A DNA stretch of 48,403 nt from Candidatus Moraniibacteriota bacterium (GTDB lineage: Bacteria; Patescibacteriota; Minisyncoccia; Moranbacterales; UBA1568), in NCBI GenBank assembly GCA_023261695.1, contig JAHFON010000005.1:1-48403 (forward strand), written 5' to 3'. The notes below the pieces were generated by a model, which worked only from the letters and a program-made list of their open reading frames with translations, made no database searches and was not told the origin of the DNA. Below, one piece after another: positions 30,252 to 40,235 of the stretch (position 1 is its first letter; every line of letters starts with the position of its first letter). The position numbers and the translations under genes were made by a program.

Positions 30252-32423
30252 TCAATTTGTCGCTGACGATTTTATTTTGTGAGGATTGTGGTTGGGGCAT
30301 TGTTTATTTGAACAACGCTCCGGTATGGTTTTTGTGCCTTGCATTATCAGCGCGCCGCAAAGCTTGCAAAGCGCTCCGGTCGGTTTGGCTTTGATGGCGT
30401 TTTTACAATCCGGATAATTGGAGCAACTGTAAAATATGCCGAAGCGTCCGCGGCGTTCGGTCATTTTGCCTTTTTTGCAGACGGGGCAAGTCACGTCTGT
30501 GGTGGGAGCGGCGCCGGCGTCTTTTTTGACGAATTTGCATTTCGGAAATCTGTTGCAAGCGATAAATTTGCCGAACTTTCCCTCGCGCTCCAGCAGTTTG
30601 CCGTCTTTGCATTGAGGACAGGCTTCGCCGGTTTCTTTGGGCGGTTCAATAGTTTTTCCCTCCGCGGTGAGCGCCCCGTCGCATTCCGGAAAGCGCGCGC
30701 AACTGAAAAATTTGCCGGTGCGGGAGAGTTTGATTATCATATTTGATCCGCACTTGGGGCAGACGGTTCCTTTCGGCGCGTCTCCCATATTGGTGACTTT
30801 ATCCACTTGATCCTTGCTTTTTACGGCTTGGGCGAAAGGCACGTAAAAATCTTTGAGCGTTTTTGCGTATTCGCGTTCTCCGTTTGCGATGTCGTCCAGC
30901 TTGTTTTCCATATCGGCGGTGAATGTTTCAGAAACTATGTTTTCAAAATTTTTGAAAATAAAATCATCCACCACCAGACCGGTGTCGGTGACTATAAGCG
31001 CCTTGCCTTCTTTTGTCACGTAGCCGCGATCTTGTATAGTTTTGACAATCGCGGCGTAAGTGCTGGGACGGCCTACCCCGCGCTTTTCCAATTCTTTCAC
31101 GAGGCCGGCTTCCGTATAGCGCTTGGGTGGTTCGGTTTGTTTGGCTTCCGATTCTATTTTTTTCAAAGTCAGCGGATCTGAAGCGGCGACTCTCGGTACT
31201 TCAACATCTTCGCCGCGCGCCGCCGTGTCGAGTTTAAGCCAGCCGTCAAAGACGAGATGAGAGCCGCTTACGGAAAAATTGGGAAGCGCGCGGTCAGTCG
31301 TGTTGGCGATAATTTTCGTACGGAGAATTTCCGCGTCGGCCATTTGAGAAGCAAGTGTTCTGACGCGGATGAGAGCGTAGAGTTTTTTCTCATCGTCGGT
31401 AAAGCCGGCGCTTTTCCGGAACTGGTCTGTGGGACGGATCGCCTCGTGAGCTTCTTGAGCGTTCTTGCTTTTGGTTTTCCACTTCCGTACCGCGAGATAT
31501 TTTTCGCCAAATTCTTTTTTGACTGCCGAAGTTATTTCTTGGAGCGCCGTTTCGCTCAAAGAAACGCTGTCGGTGCGCATATAAGTTATGAAACCATTTT
31601 CGTACAATTTTTGGGCGGCGCGCATCGTGCGAGCGGGAGACAGATTGAGCCGCGAACTGCCGGCTTGTTGCAAGGTAGATGTCGTAAAAGGCGCCGCGGG
31701 ATGACGCAAAGCTTCCGTGTTTGTCACCTCCACGATTTCCCAAGCTTTACTTTTGGCAATTTTCAAAATATGTTCCGCCTCTTTCTTTTCTTTGGGTTGT
31801 TGTACGCAAGTGAAGAGAATATTTTCTTTTTTAGCAGTGGCGCACAGAGCGGTGATGACATGATAAGTTTCCGGGACGAAACTTCCAATTTCTTTTTCGC
31901 GCAAAGCGAGAATGTGAAGTGCGGGTGATTGGACGCGGCCGGCGGATAAACCATAGCGCACCTTTTTCCACACCAAGCCGGAAAGATCGTAACCCACGAG
32001 CCGGTCTAAGACGCGGCGGGCCTCTTGAGCTTTGCGCAAATTGGTGTTGAGTTCGCGCGGATTGGCAACGGCTTCCTTGACGGCCTTCTCGGTAATTTCG
32101 TAGAAGAGAACGCGTCTGGGTTTTTTAATGCCGCAAGTTTCGGCAACGTGCCACGAGATGGCCTCGCCTTCGCGATCGGGATCAGTAGCGAGCAGGACAG
32201 AGTCACTTTTTTTGACGAGCGTTTTGATTTCATTCACCGTCGCTTCTTTGCCGGGAGAAATGATGTAGCGCGGAATGAAACCGCCCTGAATATCAATGGC
32301 GTCTTTGTTGGATTTGGGCAAGTCACGAATATGCCCGATGGATGCGACAACTTTGTATTCATTTTTGAGATACTTTTCGATAGTCTTGGCCTTGGAAGGA
32401 GATTCTACTATTAGCAGTTTCAT
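30252..32423 (-). CDS. topA: DNA topoisomerase I
   Basis: IVESPSKA, ATDPDREGE, SAGRVQS, ITYMRTD, C-terminal Zn ribbons. Confidence 0.98.
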   Translation of the reverse strand: MKLLIVESPSKAKTIEKYLKNEYKVVASIGHIRDLPKSNKDAIDIQGGFIPRYIISPGKEATVNEIKTLVKKSDSVLLATDPDREGEAISWHVAETCGIKKPRRVLFYEITEKAVKEAVANPRELNTNLRKAQEARRVLDRLVGYDLSGLVWKKVRYGLSAGRVQSPALHILALREKEIGSFVPETYHVITALCATAKKENILFTCVQQPKEKKEAEHILKIAKSKAWEIVEVTNTEALRHPAAPFTTSTLQQAGSSRLNLSPARTMRAAQKLYENGFITYMRTDSVSLSETALQEITSAVKKEFGEKYLAVRKWKTKSKNAQEAHEAIRPTDQFRKSAGFTDDEKKLYALIRVRTLASQMADAEILRTKIIANTTDRALPNFSVSGSHLVFDGWLKLDTAARGEDVEVPRVAASDPLTLKKIESEAKQTEPPKRYTEAGLVKELEKRGVGRPSTYAAIVKTIQDRGYVTKEGKALIVTDTGLVVDDFIFKNFENIVSETFTADMENKLDDIANGEREYAKTLKDFYVPFAQAVKSKDQVDKVTNMGDAPKGTVCPKCGSNMIIKLSRTGKFFSCARFPECDGALTAEGKTIEPPKETGEACPQCKDGKLLEREGKFGKFIACNRFPKCKFVKKDAGAAPTTDVTCPVCKKGKMTERRGRFGIFYSCSNYPDCKNAIKAKPTGALCKLCGALIMQGTKTIPERCSNKQCPNHNPHKIKSSATN

Positions 32424-32429
32424 ATAGTT

Positions 32430-33530
32430 TTATATTTCTATGTAATTCATTCCGCCGATATTTTTAGCAAACGCTTTGATTTCCAACAGAGTGAGCGCGG
32501 AAATTACGGACGCCGTTTCCAGTTTAGTCGCTTTGATAATCTTGTCAACGTGCGTCGGTTCCTGCGAGAGAATTTGGAGGATTTTCTTTTCTTCCGGGGA
32601 GAGAGAAATGTTTTCCGCGCGTGAAACTTTTTTTTCCGAAACAGAAGAGTTTTTTGTCGCGGGAAACTCTTCCAAAATATCCTGCACGGACGCAACGATT
32701 TTCGCGCCGCTTTTGATGAGAGCATTGGCGCCTAAAGAAGCCGGAGAAAAAATTGATCCGGGGACGGCAAACACCTCCCGATTGTAATCCAAAGCGAGGC
32801 GCGCCGTGATGAGCGTGCCGCTATTTTCGGAGGCTTCAATCACGAGTGTCCCTAGACTCATACCGGCCATAATGCGATTGCGCGCTGGGAAAGCGGCCTC
32901 AATCACTTTTGTGCCCGGCAGGTATTCGGAAACGAGCGCGCCGGAATGCATCACGGCTTGAGCCAAAGAAAGATGTGAGCGAGGATAGATTGAATCATCA
33001 TCAATACCGCCTCCGAGTACCGCCAAAGTCTCGGCGCCGGCCTCCAGGGCGGCTTTGTGCGCGATGGAATCAATACCGAGCGCCAGACCGGAAACAATGA
33101 CGTAACCGGCTTTCGCCAAATCTGAAGCGAAGCGATAAGCGGCCTGTTCGCCATAATTGGTAAATTTGCGCGCTCCGACTATGGCGATCAGCGGTTTTTC
33201 CGTCCAGTCATAGTTGCCGCGTGTATAGAGTATGGCTGGCGCGTCCGGAATTTCTTTAAGCAGGCGTGGATAAGTAGCATCAGTAAAAGCTGATATGTGG
33301 ATGTTTTGGCTGATAACTTTCTCCCACTCTTTTTCCGGAGAGATAACATCTCTGCCGGTGATGAGCGCGACGACGGTTTTCTCGCCCAAGCCGTTTATTT
33401 CCAATAAAGACTTTTTGTCGGCCTCCCAGACGGCCACGGGATTGCCAAAGTGTGTTATCAAATTCCGTACGGTTTTGTTGCCGATGCCGGGAATGAGAGT
33501 GAGGGCGTGAATAATGGCGGAGGAATGCAT
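32430..33530 (-). CDS. dprA: DNA processing protein DprA
   Basis: IAIVGAR, IVSGLALGID, FPARNRI, REVFAVPG; adjacent to topA. Confidence 0.97.
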   Translation of the reverse strand: MHSSAIIHALTLIPGIGNKTVRNLITHFGNPVAVWEADKKSLLEINGLGEKTVVALITGRDVISPEKEWEKVISQNIHISAFTDATYPRLLKEIPDAPAILYTRGNYDWTEKPLIAIVGARKFTNYGEQAAYRFASDLAKAGYVIVSGLALGIDSIAHKAALEAGAETLAVLGGGIDDDSIYPRSHLSLAQAVMHSGALVSEYLPGTKVIEAAFPARNRIMAGMSLGTLVIEASENSGTLITARLALDYNREVFAVPGSIFSPASLGANALIKSGAKIVASVQDILEEFPATKNSSVSEKKVSRAENISLSPEEKKILQILSQEPTHVDKIIKATKLETASVISALTLLEIKAFAKNIGGMNYIEI

Positions 33531-33640
33531 AGCGCAAAATAAATCTGTCCGTTATTGTAGCCTAGTTTCAACGTGAACGCAAAAATTGACCGCGCGGGCT
33601 TTTCCAGTACAATATAATCATTGATATTTGGTCATTCAGA

Positions 33641-33712
33641 GGGCCGGTAGTTTAGTGGTAGAATGCCGCATTTGCAATGCGGAGATCGCGGGTCCGATTC
33701 CCGCCCGGTCCA
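33641..33712 (+). tRNA. tRNA-Ala(UGC)
   Basis: G3:U70 pair, anticodon arm CCGCA-TTTGCAA-TGCGG; atypical T-loop TCCGATT. Confidence 0.95.
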
Positions 33713-34027
33713 CTATTTCAGATTTGTGCGATTATGCGCCTTGGGCTGGCGAAATTTTTGGCGGTCAATTTCTTTTCCTTGCCCTACCTTCCACGCGCGC
33801 AATCGCATAATAGCGGGCAGACCGAGGGCGCGGCGAAAAAAATCGTGGAAATTACTGAAAGAAGCGCTGAAATTCCAGCCCCAAAATGAGGCTTGATTTT
33901 TCTTGAGATTTTTTGTAGTGTGGTTAAATACTTGCAGATTTACTGCAATATTTTATATCAGCACCTTTACAACCGAGAATGCAGATAGTTAGTAGTTATG
34001 TCAACAATTCAACGACAGGAGGTGGTT

Positions 34028-34555
34028 ATGCAATGGTCTTGGATGAGCCCAAAAGTTCAGATTGAAAAGGCTGGTCCAAAGGGCGAGGGAGTTTTCGTTG
34101 TGAAAGAAATATTCAAAGATGACGTTGTCGCTGTTGCGGGCGGGCGAATTGTTTCTTTGGAAACGCTGGATAACGACCCGAACTTTTCAAAAGTCCAACT
34201 TCACGCTTTTCAAGTGGAAAATGACCTCTGTATTTGTCCTCCCGGATTAGATCCGGAAAGAGCATCCGGAATTTTTAAGGTGAACCATTCATGCGATCCG
34301 ACTTGCGGAATCAGAGGACAGATTACCATTGTCGCCTTGCGCTACATAGGGCCCGGAGAAGAAGTTACGTTTGACTACGCAATGACAGATACATGTGAGC
34401 TGAGAATGAAATGTCATTGCGGTAGTCTTCTTAATTGCAGAAAAATAATCACGGGCGAGGACTGGAAAAGAAAAGACCTTCAGAAGAAATACGAGGGTCA
34501 CTTTTCCAGTTACATAGAAAAACTGATCCGTGAGCAAAATCGCCTTACCATTTAA
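34028..34555 (+). CDS. SET domain protein (with post-SET)
   Basis: GEGVF, VNHSCDP, GEEVTFDY, CHCGS..CR; SD AGGAGGT before the ATG at 34028. Confidence 0.92.
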   Translation: MQWSWMSPKVQIEKAGPKGEGVFVVKEIFKDDVVAVAGGRIVSLETLDNDPNFSKVQLHAFQVENDLCICPPGLDPERASGIFKVNHSCDPTCGIRGQITIVALRYIGPGEEVTFDYAMTDTCELRMKCHCGSLLNCRKIITGEDWKRKDLQKKYEGHFSSYIEKLIREQNRLTI

Positions 34556-34585
34556 ACCAGCGGATATAACGTAGGTGGTGTGTGC

Positions 34586-34702
34586 AATCAAAAAAAAAGG
34601 GGCGTGTCACTATAGCATCAGTGGCCGCCCCTTCACTATTTGTGATACTTTCAAGATTTTTTCAAATTATAAACCGGAGGGCAGATCTTCTATCTTCCAG
34701 CC
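34586..34702 (-). pseudogene. Relic copy of the cysS 3' end plus shared terminator
   Basis: Minus strand encodes GWKIEDLPSG(+1 nt)YNLKKS*, versus cysS GWKIEDVASGYNLKKS*; similar to 37164-37276. Confidence 0.85.
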
Positions 34703-34928
34703 GCCAGCGTCACAGACCGAAGGCGTAGCGGAAGATTTTTTTGGAGGGGGATTTCACCCGCCGACCTGTCAGCCGCAGTTTCAACGCAGGCGGTGGTCAG
34801 CGGTTCGAATCTACTACAGTCCACCAGTTTGTTTTATTTGAAACTCGCTGTACACTATCTTGCATTTAGCCTTGTTATAGCATATAATACTACTGCAAGT
34901 AAGCTTTATGATTACTATCAGTAATAAT

Positions 34929-35531
34929 ATGGATAACAAACCCACAAAAGGTGAGTATGTCGAGATCTTATTAAGATCTCCCAAAACTGTCTTTTCTATC
35001 AGAGACATTGCTTTGTTATGGGGAGAGCAAGCAGAAGCGGCCGTTCGGGTTAGATTAAGCCAGTATGTTAAGAACGGAAAATTAATCAGGGTACATCGTG
35101 GTATCTACGCCAAAGATAAAAACTACGATCGTTTTGAATTAGCTACTCGGATTTATACTCCATCGTACGTTAGCTTTGAAACCGTGTTGACTCGAACGGG
35201 AGTAAATTTTCAGTATTACGGCAATATATTTGTTGCTTCTTATGTAACCAGAGAAATTGAAGCGGATGGACAGAAAATATCTTTTGTAAAAATGAAAGAC
35301 TATGTTTTGAGTAATACGATTGGGATTGAACACACGAACGATGTTGCTACCGCTACAAAAGAACGGGCTTTTTTGGACCGCATCTACGTAAGCAAGGATT
35401 ATCACTTTGATCACTTGGATGTTTTGGATTGGGACAAGGTATTTGAAATTTTGCCGATATACCGCAATAAGAGAATGAATAAAAAAGTTGATGAATATTT
35501 TAAACACTATAAAGAAAATTCATCCCGTTAG
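34929..35531 (+). CDS. Type IV TA antitoxin, AbiEi family
   Basis: wHTH with LIRVHRGIY, PSYVSFETVL, ATKERAFLD. Confidence 0.85.
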   Translation: MDNKPTKGEYVEILLRSPKTVFSIRDIALLWGEQAEAAVRVRLSQYVKNGKLIRVHRGIYAKDKNYDRFELATRIYTPSYVSFETVLTRTGVNFQYYGNIFVASYVTREIEADGQKISFVKMKDYVLSNTIGIEHTNDVATATKERAFLDRIYVSKDYHFDHLDVLDWDKVFEILPIYRNKRMNKKVDEYFKHYKENSSR

Positions 35532-35544
35532 ATAATAAAACCAT

Positions 35545-36294
35545 ATGACATTAGATTATCCAAAACATAAAAATCTCTTACTGCAAATTTTGAAAGACAT
35601 CTTTTCCGATACTTCGCTCTCACCATACTTGGGATTTAAGGGTGGTACGGCGGCTTTAATGTTTTATGACTTACGCCGTAATTCGGTTGATATCGATCTT
35701 GATCTTTTGGATGAAGGCAAAGAACAAGAAGTCTTTGAAAAAATTCAAAAAATAGCATCCAGCTATGGAAAGATTGTTGACTCACGCATCAAGAGGTTCA
35801 ATCTCGTTACGATTATTTCTTACAATGCAAAGTCTCAAAACATCAAGATTGAAGTAAATCGCCGAGACTTTGGTTCTAAATATGAATTGAAAACATTACT
35901 CGGAATCTCAATGGCCGTGATGGTTAAAGAAGATATGTTTGCCAATAAGTTGATGGCTATGTATGAACGAATCGGCAAGACGAGCCGAGATGTTTATGAC
36001 GTTTACTTTTTCGCAAAAAATAATTGGCCAATAAATAAAAAATTGGTTGAAGATCGTGCCAAAATGCCATTTAAGGAAGTTTTGGTTAAATGCGTAGAGC
36101 TTTTGGAGAAGATGGATAATCGCCATATTTTGGATGGCCTCGGTGAAATGCTCACTGAACCACAGAAAGATTGGGCTCGAGCCAAACTCCGAACCGAAAC
36201 AATCTTTTTATTAAAAGCTTGGCTTGAAAGCGAAAAACTTAATTTGCATGATAAAATTATTGTCGGTGAAAATGTAGATATAAAGATTGTCTAG
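35545..36294 (+). CDS. AbiEii/AbiGii nucleotidyltransferase toxin
   Basis: FKGGTA...RNSVDIDLD, KIEV, ANKL.A, RDVYD. Confidence 0.9.
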   Translation: MTLDYPKHKNLLLQILKDIFSDTSLSPYLGFKGGTAALMFYDLRRNSVDIDLDLLDEGKEQEVFEKIQKIASSYGKIVDSRIKRFNLVTIISYNAKSQNIKIEVNRRDFGSKYELKTLLGISMAVMVKEDMFANKLMAMYERIGKTSRDVYDVYFFAKNNWPINKKLVEDRAKMPFKEVLVKCVELLEKMDNRHILDGLGEMLTEPQKDWARAKLRTETIFLLKAWLESEKLNLHDKIIVGENVDIKIV

Positions 36295-36525
36295 CCTACC
36301 CGCCGCAGTTTCAACACAGGCGGTGGTCAGCCATTTCGTTCGGATATTTTCAAACAGACACCGCCAGGTCGTTTTTTTGTTGACTTCTGGCAATGATTCG
36401 TGTCATAATCGCGGTAATATTTGGTATCGCCAAATAACAAGGAATGGTTCTTTGTCATTTACAATATATTTCTTGCTGTCAGCCACGCCACAGGCGGGCT
36501 GGCTGCGAAGAAAGGAGGATGTGCC

Positions 36526-37158
36526 GTGTGGGAGGTTTCTTTGATGACATTGATCTTTGTGTTTTTACTGTTTTGCACGGTCGCTTCGTTTGTATTCATC
36601 TCGCGGTTAGTCTCGCGCCATTTAGATGAGGCAACTGTGAAAAAGGGAGGAGGCGATATGTGGGTCTCATTGGTATTTGTGGCTCTAGTTTATTGTCTGG
36701 CCGGATCGATTGTCGCGATTCCGTATGTGTATCTGGCCGGAAGTTCCAGCGGAAGGTTTGTTGATCTCTTGAGTTTAAGTTTTTTAACAACCGCAGTATT
36801 GGCGCCTTTGGCCATTCTTATCATCTGTGTTGTGTACGCCTTCATACGCACTCCCGCCCCAACACGAGGAGATGCAGATGGCAGGAAACGACTAAAAACA
36901 GCGGGAGATTTTTTTTGTTTTATAGGACTGGTTGGGTATTTCTTATCCCCAGTTCTGCTAAATGGGATATCGTTGTATCTGAAATGGAACGGGTATGAAG
37001 CAGACAGCCGGGCAGTGTTCTCGATCAGATATTGGGCAATTCTTGTAATACCCATCGTTTGGCTTTTGTGGGTTATTGTGACCACAAAAGTTAGAAGCAT
37101 TCTACGTAGAAAAAATATGGAGGATATGCATAGATCGTATTTAAAGTCAGCAATGTAA
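36526..37158 (+). CDS. Multi-pass membrane hypothetical protein
   Basis: About five TM segments; AGGAGG before GTG 36526 and a second GGAGGAGG before in-frame ATG 36658; start uncertain. Confidence 0.6.
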   Translation: MWEVSLMTLIFVFLLFCTVASFVFISRLVSRHLDEATVKKGGGDMWVSLVFVALVYCLAGSIVAIPYVYLAGSSSGRFVDLLSLSFLTTAVLAPLAILIICVVYAFIRTPAPTRGDADGRKRLKTAGDFFCFIGLVGYFLSPVLLNGISLYLKWNGYEADSRAVFSIRYWAILVIPIVWLLWVIVTTKVRSILRRKNMEDMHRSYLKSAM

Positions 37159-37225
37159 AGATAAATCAAAAAAGGGGCGTGTTACTGTCGCATCAGTAGC
37201 CGCCCCTTCACCATTTGTGATATTT

Positions 37226-38638
37226 TCAAGATTTTTTCAAATTGTATCCACTTGCCACATCTTCTATTTTCCAGCCCTTTTCTTCAATGAGCGAGCGCAG
37301 ACGGTCGGACTCGGCGAAACTTTTGGTTTTTCTGGCCTCCTCTCGTTTTTGGGCAAGCTCGTTTATATCGGCTGGTATGATTTCGGTTTCCGGCGCGAAA
37401 CCAAACAGAAAAAATATTTTTTCAAAAACTGCTTTGAGCGCTTCGCGGTTGACTGTCGCTTTTTCATCCAACGAAATATTTACTTTTTTTGCAAGTTCAA
37501 GAGTAGCGGTGAGAGCTTCGGGAGTATTCAAATCGTCACGCATAGCTTTGCGCACGCGTGTCAGATATTCATTTCCGTCGAAACCGGAATTGCCAATACT
37601 TTCATTATAAGACTCCAGACGCTCTATAACGCTCGAAAGCGTTTCTTTGTTTTTCTTCGCCTGCTCCAAGGCTTCCCAAGTGAAATTCATCTGATTGCGG
37701 TAATGGGAACCGATAAGCAACATACGCAAATCCATTGGCGAAAACCCGCGTTCCAAAATATTTTCCAAAGTATAAACGTTGCCTTTGGACTTGGACATTT
37801 TTTCGCCATTGACTAAAATGTGGCGGGTGTGCAAAAAATACCGGACAAAGGGTTTGCCGCTCGCGCCTTCGGACTGCGCGATTTCCGCTTCGTGATGGGG
37901 AAAAATATTGTCCTCGCCTCCCGTGTGAATATCCAGCGTGTCGCCCAGATATTCCATACTCATTGCGCTGCATTCTATGTGCCAGCCGGGATAACCCTCG
38001 CTCCACGGAGACGGCCAGCGCATCAGATGCGAAGCCGGAGCTTTGAGCCAGAGCGCGAAATCCCAAGGATGTTTTTTGTCCGGATGTTTTTCCAGGCGCG
38101 CGCCGACTTTGAGATTCTCCAAAGTGTTGCCGGAGAGTTTTCCGTAATCTGGAAAAGTGGTAACGTCCAAGAAAACATTGCCGTTTTTTTCGTACGCATG
38201 GCCCTTGGCGATCAGATCTTCTATGAGTTTGATCATCTGTTTGATGTGCGCCGTGGCGCGGGGGAAATAATGCGCCGGCAAAATATTCATCGCTTTTTCC
38301 GTCTGGTGGAAATAATTTTCAAAAAATAAAGCGATTTCCGCGGGCGTTTTCTTTTCTTCCCGCGCTTTTTTTTCAATCTTATCTTCGCCGGAATCTCCTT
38401 GATTGATGTCATCTGCCGTCAGATGTCCAACGTCCGTGATGTTTTTGATGAAGCGCACTTCGTAACCCGCGTCTTCCAAAACGCGCCGTGCCGTGTCGGC
38501 AAATACGTAAGCGCGGATATTGCCGATGTGGATATAGCCGTACACTGTCGGTCCGCAAACGTACATCCCGACTTTGCCCGCATACAGAGGATGGAATTCT
38601 TCTTTTTTCTTGGAAAGAGTATTGTAAAAAGTGATCAT
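37226..38638 (-). CDS. cysS: Cysteine--tRNA ligase
   Basis: MYVCGPTVY, HIGN, PGWHIECSAM, KMSKS; start taken at MITFYNTL. Confidence 0.98.
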   Translation of the reverse strand: MITFYNTLSKKKEEFHPLYAGKVGMYVCGPTVYGYIHIGNIRAYVFADTARRVLEDAGYEVRFIKNITDVGHLTADDINQGDSGEDKIEKKAREEKKTPAEIALFFENYFHQTEKAMNILPAHYFPRATAHIKQMIKLIEDLIAKGHAYEKNGNVFLDVTTFPDYGKLSGNTLENLKVGARLEKHPDKKHPWDFALWLKAPASHLMRWPSPWSEGYPGWHIECSAMSMEYLGDTLDIHTGGEDNIFPHHEAEIAQSEGASGKPFVRYFLHTRHILVNGEKMSKSKGNVYTLENILERGFSPMDLRMLLIGSHYRNQMNFTWEALEQAKKNKETLSSVIERLESYNESIGNSGFDGNEYLTRVRKAMRDDLNTPEALTATLELAKKVNISLDEKATVNREALKAVFEKIFFLFGFAPETEIIPADINELAQKREEARKTKSFAESDRLRSLIEEKGWKIEDVASGYNLKKS

Positions 38639-38645
38639 ATCCGTA

Positions 38646-39554
38646 CTACAGCCATTTTTTGATTCGGAAAACCGTGATCGTAATGAGGGAAAGCAAACCC
38701 ATAAATCCGGCATGAATCCAAAAAGCGTGAGGGTTGTTGCCGAAAGGAATCTGCGCGCTCATCGCCAGCATATTGGAATATACGGTCATCGGCAGTAAAA
38801 TAGCCGAAAAAATCGTGAGCACTTTCATTGTGATGTCCAACTTGTTGGAGAGAAGAGAATTGTTGGTGGCCTCCAGCGCTTCGATGGTTTCTTTTTGGCT
38901 TTCCAAAATGTTCCAAATGCGGATATTGGTGCCGATCAAATCTTGAAAATAAATTTTGGTTTCTTGAGGAATAATCGGATGGTCTTTCTGGATGATGGAT
39001 TCCAGAATGGAGCGTTGGGGTTTCATCGTGCGGCGAAAATTCAGAATGTCGCGCTTCAGAACGGAAATCTCAAACACCATTTCTTTTTCTTTTTCCGCGA
39101 ATACTTGCGTTTCTATGTAATCAATTTTTTTATTGATGTGATCCAGGCGCGGAAAACAGGAATTGAGCAATATTTGCAAAAGGTTATGCAGGAGATGGGC
39201 CGGAGTCATTTCCAGAAACAGCCGGCGTTTGCCCTCGCTTTTTTCCAGATCTTCAAAAAACTGACTCAACTGGTAAATACTTTGTCGATGACTGGTGATC
39301 AGATGTCCCTCGGTCAAAATAATATCCAGCTCGCCCGGATAAGTGGTGCGATGTTTCACGTCAAAGAGGGGAATATGGACTGACAAAAACAGGCTGCCGT
39401 CATACTGCACGACTTTGGGCTGATAAGTGGGCGTGATGAATTCTTCTATCGCGAGCGGATGGATATTGAAGTTTTCTTGCAAGTAAGTAATGTCGTCGTT
39501 TTGGGGATCTTCAAAATCAATCCAGATGATCTTTTTGTGTTTGAGGATTTTCAT
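38646..39554 (-). CDS. corA: CorA family Mg/Co transporter
   Basis: WID, IHPLAIEE, MKVLTI..I.LP.T and two C-terminal TMs; the GMN motif appears as AMS. Confidence 0.85.
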   Translation of the reverse strand: MKILKHKKIIWIDFEDPQNDDITYLQENFNIHPLAIEEFITPTYQPKVVQYDGSLFLSVHIPLFDVKHRTTYPGELDIILTEGHLITSHRQSIYQLSQFFEDLEKSEGKRRLFLEMTPAHLLHNLLQILLNSCFPRLDHINKKIDYIETQVFAEKEKEMVFEISVLKRDILNFRRTMKPQRSILESIIQKDHPIIPQETKIYFQDLIGTNIRIWNILESQKETIEALEATNNSLLSNKLDITMKVLTIFSAILLPMTVYSNMLAMSAQIPFGNNPHAFWIHAGFMGLLSLITITVFRIKKWL

Positions 39555-39657
39555 TGTTTGGGTATTTTTTGTCGGTCAGCGTAAGTTTATCGCGTGTTCA
39601 GTATATCAAGAAAAAACCAATTGACAAAGTGAGCAGACGGTATATATGCTGGAATAT

Positions 39658-39894
39658 ATGTTAAAGCGATTCATACTTTTTTGCATACGCGGGTATCAGA
39701 AAACTCTTTCATTGGAGCACGGGTTTTTGGGGATGGTCTTCGGAGAACGGTTCTGCCGTTTTCATCCCACCTGCAGTGCTTATACTTATGCGGCTGTGGA
39801 GCGTTACGGGGTGATACGCGGTTGTTTTTTAGGGCTTAAAAGAATCTTGCGCTGTCATCCGTGGAATGACGGAGGGTATGACCCTCTTGACTAA
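39658..39894 (+). CDS. yidD: Membrane protein insertion efficiency factor YidD
   Basis: [23 protein letters not shown]. Confidence 0.93.
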   Translation: MLKRFILFCIRGYQKTLSLEHGFLGMVFGERFCRFHPTCSAYTYAAVERYGVIRGCFLGLKRILRCHPWNDGGYDPLD

Positions 39895-39962
39895 TAAAAT
39901 ATAGTGTGCTATGTTCTAATCGTGATGTGAGGGCGGCTAAAACTTCTAACAGGGAGGTCACT

Positions 39963-40013
39963 ATGAGGAGATACGGGCACCACATCCATTTTGTTCGTTC
40001 TAATAAATGCTAA
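39963..40013 (+). CDS. Putative 16-aa small peptide MRRYGHHIHFVRSNKC
   Basis: GGAGG SD, upstream TTGACT-17-TATGTT promoter, downstream terminator. Confidence 0.35.
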   Translation: MRRYGHHIHFVRSNKC

Positions 40014-40054
40014 GTCCGGCCGGGTCGCCGAAGTGACGGCGTCTCATGCCCTCC

Positions 40055-40109
40055 CCCTCTCCGCAAAGAATTCGTCGATGACGAAAACTTCGCGGGGAGG
40101 GCTTTTTTT
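40055..40109 (+). terminator. Intrinsic terminator upstream of hrcA
   Basis: CCCTCTCCGC...GCGGGGAGGG followed by a T run. Confidence 0.75.
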
Positions 40110-40177
40110 AATGAAAGATTTCTCGGTCTCACCTGTTCTTGAAAGGTTTTGTTTGGAATGACAATAAGAAACCACTT

Positions 40178-40219
40178 TTGGCACTCTACTTGACAGAGTG
40201 CCAGCTTGTTTTTTATACT
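40178..40219 (+). promoter_or_regulatory. hrcA promoter with CIRCE
   Basis: CIRCE TTGGCACTC-N9-GAGTGCCAG at 40178-40204 containing TTGACA (40190-40195); TATACT at 40214-40219. Confidence 0.88.
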
Positions 40220-40235
40220 ATGAGGAGTGAAAGTT

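Larger units (their letters stand above)
34772..36331 (+). repeat. 30-bp direct repeats flanking the AbiE module
   Basis: GCCGCAGTTTCAAC(G/A)CAGGCGGTGGTCAGC at 34772-34801 and 36302-36331. Confidence 0.9.

Noticed and set aside
34802-34826. tRNA-like GGTTCGAATC...CCACCA
   Set aside because: No 5' half or pairing T-stem, so not a tRNA gene; kept only as part of the boundary motif finding.
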